This document shows positions 40,000 to 50,212 of a DNA stretch of 64,000 nt, piece by piece; the stretch's first letter is position 1, and each line of letters opens with the position of its first letter. The position numbers were made by a program, and so were the translations under genes. Origin of the DNA: Firmicutes bacterium UBA2598 (lineage in GTDB: Bacteria > Bacillota > PH28-bin88); assembly GCA_002339345.1 (NCBI GenBank), contig DDKM01000103.1, positions 22,832 to 86,831 on the forward strand. The letters are read 5' to 3'. The notes beneath the pieces are model-generated. The model was not told the DNA's origin. It saw nothing but the letters and a program-made list of their open reading frames with translations, and searched no databases.

Positions 40000-41040
40000 T
40001 TATTTTATCATTTTTGCCAGGAAATCGGAAAGATGCACGGAAATATAATCAACCAGGCTGAGGGCCCGGGCATAATCCATCCTGGTAGGGCCGATAATAC
40101 CCACCATCCCCACCACTTCACCGTCCAGGTGATAGGTGGCGGTTACCAGGCTGCAGTCGGCAAAACCTTCGTGCCTATTTTCCCCGCCAATCCGGACAGC
40201 TAAACCGGACGGCTGTTCCTGCATCAGCTCCCGGATGACGTTGCCCTGTTCCAGAATGGACAATAAGTTCTTAACCCTGGAAACGTCCCGGAACTCCGGC
40301 TGGTTTAAAATATTCAGCATCCCGCCAAGGAAAACCCTGTTTTCCTGGTTAGAGCGGAACAGTTCCTCCACCACATCCAGCACCGCGCCGACAAGCTGCC
40401 GCTGCCGGTGCAACTCCCGGTAGATATCCGCCAGGGTTTCCCGCTGGATACGCTCCATGCTTACCCCGTGCAGTCTGCTGTTTAATACCTCCGAGATTCT
40501 CTCCAAATCCATGGAGGTGATGGAAAGGGGAATCTCCATTAACCGGTGCTCCACCACCTTGGCATCGGTGACCACCACCAACAGGGCCTTTCCCGGTTCC
40601 AGGTGCAAAAACTGAATCCTGTAGATGCTTTTACCCACCTGCGGACCCAAAGCCACTGCCGCATAATTGGTCATTTGGGACAGGGTGGCGGCAGATTGCT
40701 GGATTACCGTTTCGATTTCCTGCATTTTACGGGTAAAGGATTGACGGATATATTCCTCATCATCCCGACCCAGGGCATACTTTTCCATTAAACAGTCTAC
40801 AAAGTAACGGTAACCCTTGTCAGACGGGATACGACCGGCGGAAGTGTGCGGCTGTTCAATCAGTCCCATTTCCTCCAGATCCGCCATTTCGTTTCTGATG
40901 GTAGCGGGGCTGACCCCTAGATTATATTTCCGGGCAATGGTACGGGAACCCACCGGCTCGGCGGTGGCGACATAGTCCTGTACAATGGCTGCCAGGACCC
41001 GTTTTTTCCGTTCATCCATGCTGGATCCCTCCCATCCCAT
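40000..41040 (-). CDS. hrcA: heat-inducible transcription repressor HrcA
   Basis: 346 aa. MDERKKRVLAAIVQDYVATAEPVGSRTIARKY is the canonical HrcA N-terminus. Confidence 0.95.
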   Translation of the reverse strand: MGWEGSSMDERKKRVLAAIVQDYVATAEPVGSRTIARKYNLGVSPATIRNEMADLEEMGLIEQPHTSAGRIPSDKGYRYFVDCLMEKYALGRDDEEYIRQSFTRKMQEIETVIQQSAATLSQMTNYAAVALGPQVGKSIYRIQFLHLEPGKALLVVVTDAKVVEHRLMEIPLSITSMDLERISEVLNSRLHGVSMERIQRETLADIYRELHRQRQLVGAVLDVVEELFRSNQENRVFLGGMLNILNQPEFRDVSRVKNLLSILEQGNVIRELMQEQPSGLAVRIGGENRHEGFADCSLVTATYHLDGEVVGMVGIIGPTRMDYARALSLVDYISVHLSDFLAKMIK

Positions 41041-41049
41041 TGGTTTCTG

Positions 41050-41076
41050 TTAGCACTCTATTGAAATGAGTGCTAG
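41050..41076 (-). promoter_or_regulatory. CIRCE operator (TTAGCACTC-N9-GAGTGCTAG) upstream of hrcA
   Basis: Matches the consensus TTAGCACTC-N9-GAGTGCTAA with one mismatch, 10 nt upstream of the hrcA ATG. A degenerate half-site follows at 41077..41104. Confidence 0.85.
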
Positions 41077-41117
41077 TGTAAATGCACTTAAAAAATAGCA
41101 CTAACAACCTATTTTTG

Positions 41118-42257
41118 TCAAGGGCCTAGGAAGTGAACAAACACCTCGTTGGCCACTGGCAACGCCCTTGCCGTCAGGCGCAGGTGGCCCCCCGCCATTG
41201 CCAAAAGACCCCTATCCAACAGTCCTTCCACCGCTTCACCGAACACCTCTTCCACCCGTCGGCCGTAACGGGCGGCAAAGGCCCCCAGGTCAACCCCCTG
41301 TAACATGCGCAGACCCAACCACATATTTTCCGCCATTGCTTCATGGCTGGACAACAATTCCTGTTCCGCCATGGGAACCCGCCCTGCCAGGATATCTTGC
41401 AGGTAAGCATGCAGATCCTGGCTGTTGGTCCAACGCCTGTTGCACCGGTGGGATGCGGCAGCCACACCAAGACCCAGGTAATCCTTCCTTTGCCAGTACA
41501 GCTTGTTGTGGTGGCACTGCCGGCCAGGGAGAGCAAAGTTAGATATTTCATACTGCTCATAGCCAGCCCCCGTCAGTACCTCCCGGGCTGTCAGGTACAT
41601 CTCCCCGGCCACATCCTGATCCGGTTCAGCCACTTCACCAGTGGCAACAGCATGTCCCCAGGGAGTTCCGGGTTCGATCTTCAGTCCGTACAGCGAAAGA
41701 TGGTCCGGTTCCAGGGAAACCGCCCGGTACAGAGTGTCCAGCCAGACCACCATGGTCTGGCCGGGCAGGGCGTACATGAGATCAATGTTAATATTCAAAA
41801 ATCCCACCTGTCTGGCCTGCCGAAAGGCCATCGCCGCCTGCTCCGCCCCATGGGCACGACCCATAACCGCCAGCAGGCTGTCGTCAAAGGACTGCACCCC
41901 CAGGGAGAGGCGGTTTGCTCCTCCGCTCCGTAAGCATGCCAGAGTATCCAGGTCCACCGTCCCGGGATTGGCTTCCACCGTCACCTCGGCTCCGCTGGAC
42001 CACGGCAGCACCCGGTAAATGTTTTGCAGGGTGTCCACCAGTAGATGGGCGGGCACCACCGTTGGTGTGCCTCCTCCTATATATACCGAAGTAAACTCCG
42101 GCCATGGCTCCCCCTCCGGCCTTTGGTGCAGTATCGCCTCCTGCACCAAGGCCGCCAGGTACTCTTCCATTACCGGCCCACCACCAGGAAAGGAAACAAA
42201 ATCACAATACAGGCATTTAGCACGGCAAAAGGGAATATGGATATACAGTCCGGCCAA
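41118..42257 (-). CDS. hemW: radical SAM heme chaperone HemW (HemN-like, YqeR)
   Basis: IHIPFCRAKCLYCDF radical-SAM motif. Probable TTG start at 42257, 6 nt after GGGGTGAGGTG. Confidence 0.85.
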   Translation of the reverse strand: MAGLYIHIPFCRAKCLYCDFVSFPGGGPVMEEYLAALVQEAILHQRPEGEPWPEFTSVYIGGGTPTVVPAHLLVDTLQNIYRVLPWSSGAEVTVEANPGTVDLDTLACLRSGGANRLSLGVQSFDDSLLAVMGRAHGAEQAAMAFRQARQVGFLNINIDLMYALPGQTMVVWLDTLYRAVSLEPDHLSLYGLKIEPGTPWGHAVATGEVAEPDQDVAGEMYLTAREVLTGAGYEQYEISNFALPGRQCHHNKLYWQRKDYLGLGVAAASHRCNRRWTNSQDLHAYLQDILAGRVPMAEQELLSSHEAMAENMWLGLRMLQGVDLGAFAARYGRRVEEVFGEAVEGLLDRGLLAMAGGHLRLTARALPVANEVFVHFLGP

Positions 42258-42340
42258 AGCCCACACCTCACCCCATGTATATCATGTAGCATCATGCCGC
42301 CACAGTACCATATATGCAACAGCACCGTAAATACAATATG

Positions 42341-42368
42341 CAAAAAGACAGTCGGATTGGACTGTCCA
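42341..42368 (-). terminator. rho-independent terminator (GGACAGTC-CAATCC-GACTGTC + TTTTTGC) ~300 nt downstream of lepA
   Basis: Perfect 7-8-bp stem plus a T5 run on the minus strand. It closes a ~300-nt non-coding stretch. Confidence 0.7.
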
Positions 42369-42672
42369 CCAGTCTTGACTGTCTTGGAGTCCCCAGGGTG
42401 CCGTTTGCCACATGTTTCTGAACCTGCCCTCGCAGGTGGGTGTCCTACTGATGGTTTTTGCCTGCCGGCTAACGGAGACCGGTTTGGCAGCCGCCGCCAG
42501 ATACGAACTCCCTCAGAAACAGCGTTGGTTCAAAACTTGTGGCATTAACACGCACACCTCAGGAGAATTATTTTTAATCATTTCATTACAGGCCTATCTT
42601 ATCATGTTCCCTCTGAACTGTCACTAGGAGAATATTCCCTTGGTGGGGTGCCACCGGATCCCTGTTTTGGCG

Positions 42673-44475
42673 TTATTTGTCCACCTGGAGAACCGCCATA
42701 AAGGCCTCCTGCGGAATTTCCACATTCCCCACCTGCTTCATCCTCTTCTTGCCCTCTTTTTGTTTTTCCAGTAGTTTGCGTTTCCGGGTAATATCCCCAC
42801 CGTAACATTTGTCCAGCACATTTTTGCGCATGGCTTTGACCGTTTCCCTGGCAATCACCTTGTTGCCGATGGCAGCCTGGATGGGGACCTCGAACATCTG
42901 CCGGGGAATTAATTCCCGCAGTTTTTCCACCAGGCCACGGCCACGGTGATAGGCACGATCCCGGTGTACAATACAGGATAACGCATCCACCACTTCATTA
43001 TTGATCAGGATGTCCATCTTCACCAGATCGGACTCCTGGTATCCCTTCAGTTCGTAGTCCATGGAGGCATAGCCCCGGGTTCTGGATTTTAATAGGTCAA
43101 AGAAATCATAGATGATTTCACTGAGGGGCAGCTCATATATTAACATGACCCTGTTGACTGAGAGGTATTCCATGGTGATGAACTGGCCACGTTTTTCCTG
43201 GGCCAGCTCCATCACCGCCCCCACAAACTCTGCAGGGACCATGATGGTGGTATGCACAAAGGGTTCGGCAATTGCTTCCACCAGCCCCATTGGCGGCAGG
43301 TTGGCCGGGTTATCCACCATCACCACCTCGCCATTGGTTTTGGTAACCTGATACACCACGTTGGGTGCCGTTGTGATAAGGTCCAGATTATACTCCCGCT
43401 CCAGCCTTTCCTGCACTATTTCCATGTGCAACAAACCCAAAAAGCCGCAACGAAAGCCAAAGCCGAGGGCCAGGGAAGTTTCCGGCTCATAAAGCAGGGA
43501 AGCATCATTCAGTTTCAGCTTTTCCAAGGCATCGCGCAAATCGTCGTAACTGCCGGTATCGGTAGGATACAGACCGCAAAAGACCATGGGTGTTACCTGG
43601 CGATATCCGGGCAGGGCAGCCCCGGCCGGATTCCGGGTAGCGGTAATGGTATCCCCCACCCTGGTATCCTTGACATTTTTAATGCTGGCGGTGATATAAC
43701 CCACCTCACCAGCGTGCAGCACCGGTACCGGGCGCATGGCAGGCGTAAAGATCCCCAGATCGTTGACCTCAAAGGACCGGCCAGTGGACATCATGGTGAT
43801 TTCCATACCCTTTTCCACCCGCCCGTCCACCACCCGGATATAGGGAATGGCTCCCCTGTAGCTGTCAAAATGAGAGTCGAAAATCAGTGCCCGGAGGGGC
43901 CCCTCTTCCGCTCCCCTGGGGGGCGGGATGCGCTGAACGATAGCTTCCAGGATTTCCGCTGTGCCAATGCCGGTTTTGGCAGATGCCAGGATGGCATTGC
44001 TGGCATCCAAACCGATAACCTCCTCGATTTCCCCCTTGACCCGTTCCGGGTCGGCACTAGGCAGATCAATCTTGTTGATCACCGGGATTATTTCTAGGTT
44101 GTGTTCCAAGGCCAGGTAGACATTGGCCAGGGTTTGGGCCTCAATGCCCTGGACGGCATCCACCACCAGCAGGGCCCCCTCACAGGCCGCCAAGCTTCGG
44201 GACACTTCGTAGGTAAAGTCCACATGCCCCGGGGTATCAATCAGGTTGAGGGTATACAACTCCCCGTTGGCAGCCCGGTAGGAGAGACGTACAGCCTGGA
44301 GCTTGATGGTAATTCCCCGCTCCCGCTCCAGTTCCATTTGGTCCAGTACCTGGTCCGTCATTTCCCTGGCGGTCAGGGCGCCGGTGTATTCCAGCAAACG
44401 GTCCGCCAGGGTGGACTTGCCGTGATCGATGTGGGCGATTATGCAAAAGTTGCGAATTCGCTGCTGTCTGTCCAA
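42673..44475 (-). CDS. lepA: elongation factor 4 (LepA)
   Basis: 600 aa. [27 protein letters not shown]. Confidence 0.97.
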   Translation of the reverse strand: MDRQQRIRNFCIIAHIDHGKSTLADRLLEYTGALTAREMTDQVLDQMELERERGITIKLQAVRLSYRAANGELYTLNLIDTPGHVDFTYEVSRSLAACEGALLVVDAVQGIEAQTLANVYLALEHNLEIIPVINKIDLPSADPERVKGEIEEVIGLDASNAILASAKTGIGTAEILEAIVQRIPPPRGAEEGPLRALIFDSHFDSYRGAIPYIRVVDGRVEKGMEITMMSTGRSFEVNDLGIFTPAMRPVPVLHAGEVGYITASIKNVKDTRVGDTITATRNPAGAALPGYRQVTPMVFCGLYPTDTGSYDDLRDALEKLKLNDASLLYEPETSLALGFGFRCGFLGLLHMEIVQERLEREYNLDLITTAPNVVYQVTKTNGEVVMVDNPANLPPMGLVEAIAEPFVHTTIMVPAEFVGAVMELAQEKRGQFITMEYLSVNRVMLIYELPLSEIIYDFFDLLKSRTRGYASMDYELKGYQESDLVKMDILINNEVVDALSCIVHRDRAYHRGRGLVEKLRELIPRQMFEVPIQAAIGNKVIARETVKAMRKNVLDKCYGGDITRKRKLLEKQKEGKKRMKQVGNVEIPQEAFMAVLQVDK

Positions 44476-44549
44476 AATATGCCGTACTCCCTTCAGTGGG
44501 CTAAACTTAAAGTATTATAACATCCCGCCGCCGTCAGTGGCAACCTGGT

Positions 44550-46121
44550 CTATTTATTCCCACGGCGGCCCAGGCGGCGCCGGAGCATGCCCCAGGCCAA
44601 CTTCCCTTCTTCCATCCGGAAGGCCAGGGCCATGCCGCCGTAAACCAGTGCGCCGATAGACAAGGGAACCAGCACATGAACGGCCTGATGGACTTTCCAT
44701 TCCAGGTTCAAAAATCCACCTAGCACATCTGCCACGCCAAACATGAAAAATCCCATCATCACTGAGGCCAGAAGGATCTTGCCAAAGGAAACCGCCAGTT
44801 CACCACCGCCCAGATGGCCCAGGCGGGGCCGCAGCAAGTACATCAGGACGAACATGTTGAACAGTCCGGCTACAGAGTAGGCCAGGGCCAGTCCTCCATG
44901 GCCCATGGGCCGGATCAGCGCAAAGTTAAGGGCAATATTCACGGCAATGGTAGCCACACCAACGCCAACAGGCGTGCGGGTATCGTGCATGGCATAGAAG
45001 ACGCGGTTTAGCATGTGGATAGCTGCATAGGCCACCAGTCCAATGGCATAATACAGCAGAGCTATGCCTGTAGCCTGGGTAGCGTCGGCGGTGAACTTGC
45101 CCTGCTGGAATAAAAATCGCACCACTGGTTCCCGCAAGGCGATGAGCGCCGCTGCAGCGGGTAGGTTCAAAAACACAATTGACCGCAGTCCCAGGGACAT
45201 GGTCCGGCGAAATTCATCCATTTCCTTACGGGCCACCTGGCCGGTAAGGGTGGGAAAGGCGGCCACCGAAACCGCCAGGGCAAAAATACCCACCGGTAGC
45301 ATCATCAAGCGCTGACCGGTACGCAAGGCGGCCACCGCCCCTGGAGAAAGGGTGGAGGCTAGATTCTGGTTGACAAACAGGTTCAGTTGGGTGACGGACA
45401 ACCCCAGCAGGACAGGCACCATTAAGCTGGCGATCTTGACTACACCCGGGTGGCGGAAATGAAAAGCCGGCCGGTACCGCAGGCCCACCCGCAGCAGGGC
45501 GGGGAGCTGGACTCCGAAATTGGCCATGGCCCCAATCACAACCCCAATGGAAAAACCAGCGACACCAAAACGATCCGCCAACAACACGCCAACCCCGATG
45601 ATGGCCAGGTTATACAGCACCGAACCTATGGCAGGGCTGGTAAAGTGCTTATAGGAATTGAGCACACCCATGGATATACCGCTCAGGGCCATGAAGAAGG
45701 CCTGGGCAAACATGATTCTGGTCAGTCTTACCGTCAAGGCGGTGGTCTCGTCATCAAAACCGGGGACCAGCACCTTTTCCACCAGCTGGGGAGTAAAGAC
45801 AACTCCCAGGCCGATCCCCACCAGCATTAAAACCATCACCAGGTTGAAAACGGTGCTGAGAACCTCCCAGCCCTCATCCTCCTTATTTGTGGCCACATAA
45901 CTGCTGAAGACCGGTATGAGGGCAGAGCTTAAAGCTCCTCCCACCAGCAGCATGTACAAGAAATCGGGGATGGAAAAGGCGGCATTATAGGCGTCCGTCA
46001 GACGGTTTTGCCCGAACCACGCGTAAATGACCACATCGCGCAAATAACCCAGAATCCGTGAAATGAACATGGCCGCCATGATGAAACCGGCCGCCCGTAA
46101 AACCCGATTTTCACCGTTCAA
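44550..46121 (-). CDS. murJ: lipid II flippase MurJ (MviN)
   Basis: 523 aa with 14 predicted transmembrane segments. N-terminus FISRILGYLRDVVIYAWFG. Confidence 0.85.
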   Translation of the reverse strand: MNGENRVLRAAGFIMAAMFISRILGYLRDVVIYAWFGQNRLTDAYNAAFSIPDFLYMLLVGGALSSALIPVFSSYVATNKEDEGWEVLSTVFNLVMVLMLVGIGLGVVFTPQLVEKVLVPGFDDETTALTVRLTRIMFAQAFFMALSGISMGVLNSYKHFTSPAIGSVLYNLAIIGVGVLLADRFGVAGFSIGVVIGAMANFGVQLPALLRVGLRYRPAFHFRHPGVVKIASLMVPVLLGLSVTQLNLFVNQNLASTLSPGAVAALRTGQRLMMLPVGIFALAVSVAAFPTLTGQVARKEMDEFRRTMSLGLRSIVFLNLPAAAALIALREPVVRFLFQQGKFTADATQATGIALLYYAIGLVAYAAIHMLNRVFYAMHDTRTPVGVGVATIAVNIALNFALIRPMGHGGLALAYSVAGLFNMFVLMYLLRPRLGHLGGGELAVSFGKILLASVMMGFFMFGVADVLGGFLNLEWKVHQAVHVLVPLSIGALVYGGMALAFRMEEGKLAWGMLRRRLGRRGNK

Positions 46122-46214
46122 ATGGTTTCACACCTTTCCAGCCGGCTGACCCCCAATAAGTGTGTTCCATGATTTCCTGTCCACCACATTATACCACCGC
46201 TAAAAATCCTGCCA

Positions 46215-46243
46215 AGGACAAAAAAAATCCCCACCTGGGGTTG
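46215..46243 (-). terminator. rho-independent terminator after the yqxA-like gene (CCCCA-GGT-GGGG + T8)
   Basis: A8-CCCCACCTGGGG on the plus strand, i.e. hairpin + U8 on the minus strand. Confidence 0.7.
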
Positions 46244-46263
46244 TTACGTTTTCAGCCGACCAA

Positions 46264-46629
46264 TCACGGACTGGGCGACAAGCCCACAATGCGCTCCCTT
46301 GCCTCCCGGGCAGCATGCCCATAGTGCTGCACCACGGTGGCCTGTAACTGCCTGGCGCGATCCAACCCCAAACGGCCACCCTCCACCAGCACCATGGTCC
46401 ACCCTTGCAAACCGGAGAGTATCGTATAAACCTGCTTATTGACCGGCAACTGTACTCCCAAAAACATTACGGCATAACCGTCGCCTGTAGCCTGGATGGC
46501 CAGCAGAGGAACAGGCTCATCCACCAGTGGGGCTACCCTTTCCGCCACGACCACCAGGCCGGTTCCGGCCATGATCACAACCAAAAACAACGCCAAAAAT
46601 ACCCGCACCATGCCCTCACCCGTTTGCAC
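46264..46629 (-). CDS. small membrane protein, YqxA-like (DUF3679?)
   Basis: 121 aa. N-terminal transmembrane helix. Position between spoIIP and lepA as for B. subtilis yqxA. Confidence 0.4.
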   Translation of the reverse strand: MQTGEGMVRVFLALFLVVIMAGTGLVVVAERVAPLVDEPVPLLAIQATGDGYAVMFLGVQLPVNKQVYTILSGLQGWTMVLVEGGRLGLDRARQLQATVVQHYGHAAREARERIVGLSPSP

Positions 46630-46687
46630 AATTACTATCTACTGATACTATTGCCTTTTCCAGGAAACAAAATACCCTGACCACAGG

Positions 46688-47758
46688 TCAGGGGACAATC
46701 ACCCTTTGTTCCTTGAGCACTTCCGCGAGAGCCCTGGCAAAGAGAGTTACGGCATACCTTGCTTCTTCCAGGGAATTGTTGACACCGCCCACCTCCAGCA
46801 GTATCGCCCTGGGATGGAGGTGCTGGTTGTACCGCCCATCCTGTACCCGGACACCCTTGGACAGGCCTGGGTATAATTCTTCCAGTTTTCCGTGCAGTAG
46901 TGTGGCAAACTCCAGGTTGTCCCTCCACTTAGGGTGCTCCAACCTGGTGTTGCTGCCAACAATAAAAAGCAGCTTGGCGGAGTCCCGCCCGTTGATCTTG
47001 ATAGTTTCCCGTCTAGTCATACCGGCATCCCTGTGGACATCCACCAGAGCCACCAGGGAGGGGTATTTCTCCAACATGTTTTTTGCTGTCAGTTCGGAAT
47101 TGCCATAGGAGCGGGCAAAACTGGGGTAGTCGTGAATCACATCCGACCGGACGGTAGCCAGGCCATAGTTCTTCTCCAAAGTTGTCGCCAGGGTTTCCGC
47201 CACTTTGACCACACCGGCGTTTTTCCCTTCCAGCTTGTCTTTACCATCGGTGGGGACATAGGTTTCGGCATTGTGGGTGTTGTAAATCCCAATCAAAGGT
47301 TTACCGGAAACCGGCACCGGTTCGGGTGCTGGCGCGATTTCCGCCGGCAGACCGGCATCCGGTGATTCCACATGGGCATCGGCATTCTCATCCTCCAGGA
47401 CAAAGGGCGCGGCCACCACCGGGGCGGATGGGCCCGGTATCGTTTCCGCCACTTTAAACTGGGAGGCCAATACCTCGCGCGGATTCAACAAGTCGGCGCC
47501 AGTTACCGCTTGCACCGCCGCCTGGACCCACTGGGAACCAGCGGTGCCGGAGCCACTGACTGCCGTGGCGGGTAAGCCCCTTTCCAGGGCGCGCACCAGC
47601 AGTTCGCTGCTGATTCTGGACCACCCTTTGGTTAAAAAGGAGGAATCCATCCTGATTAAGCTAACCGCCTCCCTAAAAAAAAGAACGGCCATCACCAATG
47701 TAAAGATGAAAACAATGACCCGGCCGGCATAAATCCGGCGGCAGGATAACCTAAGCAC
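46688..47758 (-). CDS. spoIIP: stage II sporulation protein P
   Basis: 356 aa. Amidase-like SpoIIP domain (IYNTHNAETY...LFIVGSNTRLEHPKWRDNLEFA). Confidence 0.9.
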   Translation of the reverse strand: MLRLSCRRIYAGRVIVFIFTLVMAVLFFREAVSLIRMDSSFLTKGWSRISSELLVRALERGLPATAVSGSGTAGSQWVQAAVQAVTGADLLNPREVLASQFKVAETIPGPSAPVVAAPFVLEDENADAHVESPDAGLPAEIAPAPEPVPVSGKPLIGIYNTHNAETYVPTDGKDKLEGKNAGVVKVAETLATTLEKNYGLATVRSDVIHDYPSFARSYGNSELTAKNMLEKYPSLVALVDVHRDAGMTRRETIKINGRDSAKLLFIVGSNTRLEHPKWRDNLEFATLLHGKLEELYPGLSKGVRVQDGRYNQHLHPRAILLEVGGVNNSLEEARYAVTLFARALAEVLKEQRVIVP

Positions 47759-47891
47759 TGCAGAACCCCCTTTTGGCAGCCGACCGTTTCACAACCAGCC
47801 TTCCATGCAAATTCATATGCCGGATAGGCAGGGGGTATACCACCAAAAAGGGACTAGCCCCCCAGGTATCTGATTTTCGCAAACAAAAATG

Positions 47892-47926
47892 GGAAAGGCA
47901 CTCCCAAAGGGATGCCTTCCCGCATT
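47892..47926 (-). terminator. rho-independent terminator after the holin-like gene
   Basis: GGGAAGGCATCCCTTTGGGAGTGCCTTTCCC followed by ATTTTTGTTTG on the minus strand. Confidence 0.65.
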
Positions 47927-47972
47927 GTGTTCCGTCCTGTTGAAAACCTTTGCCTTCAGAGCTGACGGTTAG

Positions 47973-48311
47973 TTACCGCAGTTCTGTAGGTACAAAGGCA
48001 TCAATGACACCGATGACCAGGGCTGCCAGCAATGCTCCCAGGATATTGACCGAAAGGAAGTTGGGGACGATAAACTGGGCCAGGTAAATGACCACCGCTG
48101 CAGTAATAAAACCAACCAGCCCCCTGCTCTGGGGAGATACCCGTTTGCCCATCAGATTTTCAGCAATAAAGCCCAGAATGGCAATAACCACCGCTGCGAT
48201 GAGTGCTCCGGTAAAACCCGCCACGGTAATACCCGGGAGCAACCAGCCAACCAGCATCAACACCAAAGCAGAAACCACAAAACGAATAGCCGCACCTAAC
48301 ACCTTGTTCAC
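47973..48311 (-). CDS. phage-holin-4_2/DUF360-family small membrane protein
   Basis: 112 aa with four transmembrane helices. Confidence 0.5.
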   Translation of the reverse strand: MNKVLGAAIRFVVSALVLMLVGWLLPGITVAGFTGALIAAVVIAILGFIAENLMGKRVSPQSRGLVGFITAAVVIYLAQFIVPNFLSVNILGALLAALVIGVIDAFVPTELR

Positions 48312-48545
48312 CTCCTTTGCATTGCTCCTCTATGGTTGCCCTTCCTGTCCCAGATTATACCTTTACGGTGCCATTTGCTGCTCATCTTGCCCAGAGCTGA
48401 CGCACGACTTTTAAAACCCAGGCATATCAGGGTTTACAGGGGTTGGAACGAAATAACCTTTCGCGCCATTTTCTTGTGAAGGTGTGAAAAAATAGCGGTC
48501 TGCGGGTATTTTTCATGCGTCAGTGCTGCATCTTGCCATGGATAG

Positions 48546-48574
48546 TTGCCTTTTCCTGATAGGCATGATACAAT
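48546..48574 (+). promoter_or_regulatory. sigma-A promoter of rpsT (TTGCCT-17-TACAAT with extended TG)
   Basis: Consensus-like hexamers. The ~90-nt leader precedes the rps[14 protein letters not shown]. Confidence 0.65.
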
Positions 48575-48668
48575 ACAGGTTGTTAATTCACAGGCTGTAC
48601 GTTACCATCACTGGAAAAGGCATCTTTTATTAATTGAACAGGGATCTTGCGTTAAGGAGGTGACCGCA

Positions 48669-48935
48669 TTGCCCAACATCAAATCGGCTGCAAAGCGGGT
48701 GGAGATTGCCCGCAAGCGCAACCAGCGCAACTCAGCCCTCAAATCCACGGTAAAAACGGCTATAAAAAAGTTTGAAGCCACCCTCGGGGATGGCAACCAG
48801 GAAGCAACCAAAACCGCCCTGGTTAAAGCCATTAAGACCATTGATTCCGCCGTAACCAAGGGCTTGTTGCATAAAAACAACGCAGCCAGGAAGAAATCCC
48901 GCCTGCAGCGCCGCTTTAACGCCACAATCTCCTAA
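48669..48935 (+). CDS. rpsT: 30S ribosomal protein S20
   Basis: TTG start gives (M)PNIKSAAKRVEIARKRNQRNSALKS... (88 aa). The upstream part of the 129-aa track ORF is spurious. Confidence 0.9.
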   Translation: MPNIKSAAKRVEIARKRNQRNSALKSTVKTAIKKFEATLGDGNQEATKTALVKAIKTIDSAVTKGLLHKNNAARKKSRLQRRFNATIS

Positions 48936-48956
48936 AATGGACCATGCGCACAGCAG

Positions 48957-48993
48957 CCCACCTCCTCAGGGGAAGTGGGCCTTAATATTTTAC
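48957..48993 (+). terminator. rho-independent terminator of rpsT
   Basis: GCCCAC-loop-GTGGGC followed by CTTAATATTTTA. Confidence 0.6.
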
Positions 48994-50030
48994 AGGCAAA
49001 ACTTGATTACCGCCAGTTCCACCTGCACCGCCGGATCCCCGGCCCCGCTTTTTAGCCGTTCATCCACCATCAAAAAATCCTTCAACGCCTCCACCAGGGC
49101 CTGTGCGGTAAAGTTACGGCTCTGGGCGCCCGCCCTTTTGGCGGCAAAGGGATGAACCCGCAGATAACTCCCCAGATCCCCCTCCCGCACACCCCTGGCC
49201 AGTAATCCCTTGGCCATCAACATCAGACGCACCTGCCGGGCCAGCATCAAATTAAGGTAAACCGGCTGCTCGCCGGCCCGCATCATTTCCCGCAGGAGAT
49301 CGATGGCTTGGGCTGTCTGCCGGTTGGCCATGGCATCCACCATTTCAAAAATACCCACCTCAGCATTACGCGGCACCAAGCGGCGTACAACCGGCAAGTT
49401 GACATTGGTTTCCTCACCCAGGTAAGTGCATATTTTGTCCACCTCGGCGTCCAAAGCGGTCATGCTGCCGCCAGTGGCGATGATCATATACTCAAGGGCC
49501 TCCGGTGTGATTTTCTTGCCTACCTCCCCCCAACGTCCCTTCAGCCATTCCACCAGGGCTGGCCCCTTTAACGGCACGGCGGAAACCTCCTGTCCAACCT
49601 TGATCATGGCCTTAACCAGCTTCCGGCGGGTATCCACCTTCCCATCCGCCGCCAGCACCATTACACAGGCGGGATTGGGCCGGAGCAGGTATTCCAGCAA
49701 CTCCCTTTCCCCGTCATCTTCCGCCGCGGATTGCTCATCCTGTTGTTCCGCCATACCCCTTTTGGCTGCCAGAAAACGGATACCCTTGATCACCACCAGC
49801 CGTCGTTCAGCCATGAAGGGCATAGTGGCACCCTGAGCGACCACCTCACCGGGCGTCATCCTGGAGCCATCCAAAACATTATAATCAAAATCCGGTACCC
49901 CGTCTGGCAATACCACCCGGTGGATCTGCTGTAAAAATTTACGAATCAGGTATTCTTCTTCACCATGCAGCAGGTACAAGGGGGCCACCCGCCCCTTTTG
50001 CAGTTCCGCCAAAGCTTCCAACACATGCAC
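48990..50030 (-). CDS. holA: DNA polymerase III delta subunit
   Basis: Probable GTG start (MHVLEALAELQKGRVAPLYLLHGEEEYL), 9 nt after AAGGAGG. The track ORF extends to 50066. Confidence 0.8.
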   Translation of the reverse strand: MHVLEALAELQKGRVAPLYLLHGEEEYLIRKFLQQIHRVVLPDGVPDFDYNVLDGSRMTPGEVVAQGATMPFMAERRLVVIKGIRFLAAKRGMAEQQDEQSAAEDDGERELLEYLLRPNPACVMVLAADGKVDTRRKLVKAMIKVGQEVSAVPLKGPALVEWLKGRWGEVGKKITPEALEYMIIATGGSMTALDAEVDKICTYLGEETNVNLPVVRRLVPRNAEVGIFEMVDAMANRQTAQAIDLLREMMRAGEQPVYLNLMLARQVRLMLMAKGLLARGVREGDLGSYLRVHPFAAKRAGAQSRNFTAQALVEALKDFLMVDERLKSGAGDPAVQVELAVIKFCL

Positions 50031-50212
50031 CGTGCTCTGCCTCCTTGCCCACCGGCAGCTATGCAAAACCGTGCCCGCCGGTAACAGGATGGTAGTTTGA
50101 CCGCAGAGGCCCTTTTTCCTTCCTGCCCCGGCATGGACTGCTGTTTTCCAGCAAATAATATGCCTATGTTAGTTGTCATCACAGGGAGGGGTTATTCATT
50201 TCCAGCCAACCG

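Noticed and set aside
41077-41104. Possible second CIRCE copy (TAGCACTAA half-site) next to the consensus CIRCE
   Set aside because: Only one half-site matches. It is probably promoter -35/-10 sequence rather than a second operator.
43881-43920. Sequence GCCCGGAGGGGCCCC inside lepA resembling the 28-bp vapBC-flanking repeat
   Set aside because: It lies within conserved coding sequence and lacks the A/T-rich flanks. I read it as a coincidental GC-rich match.
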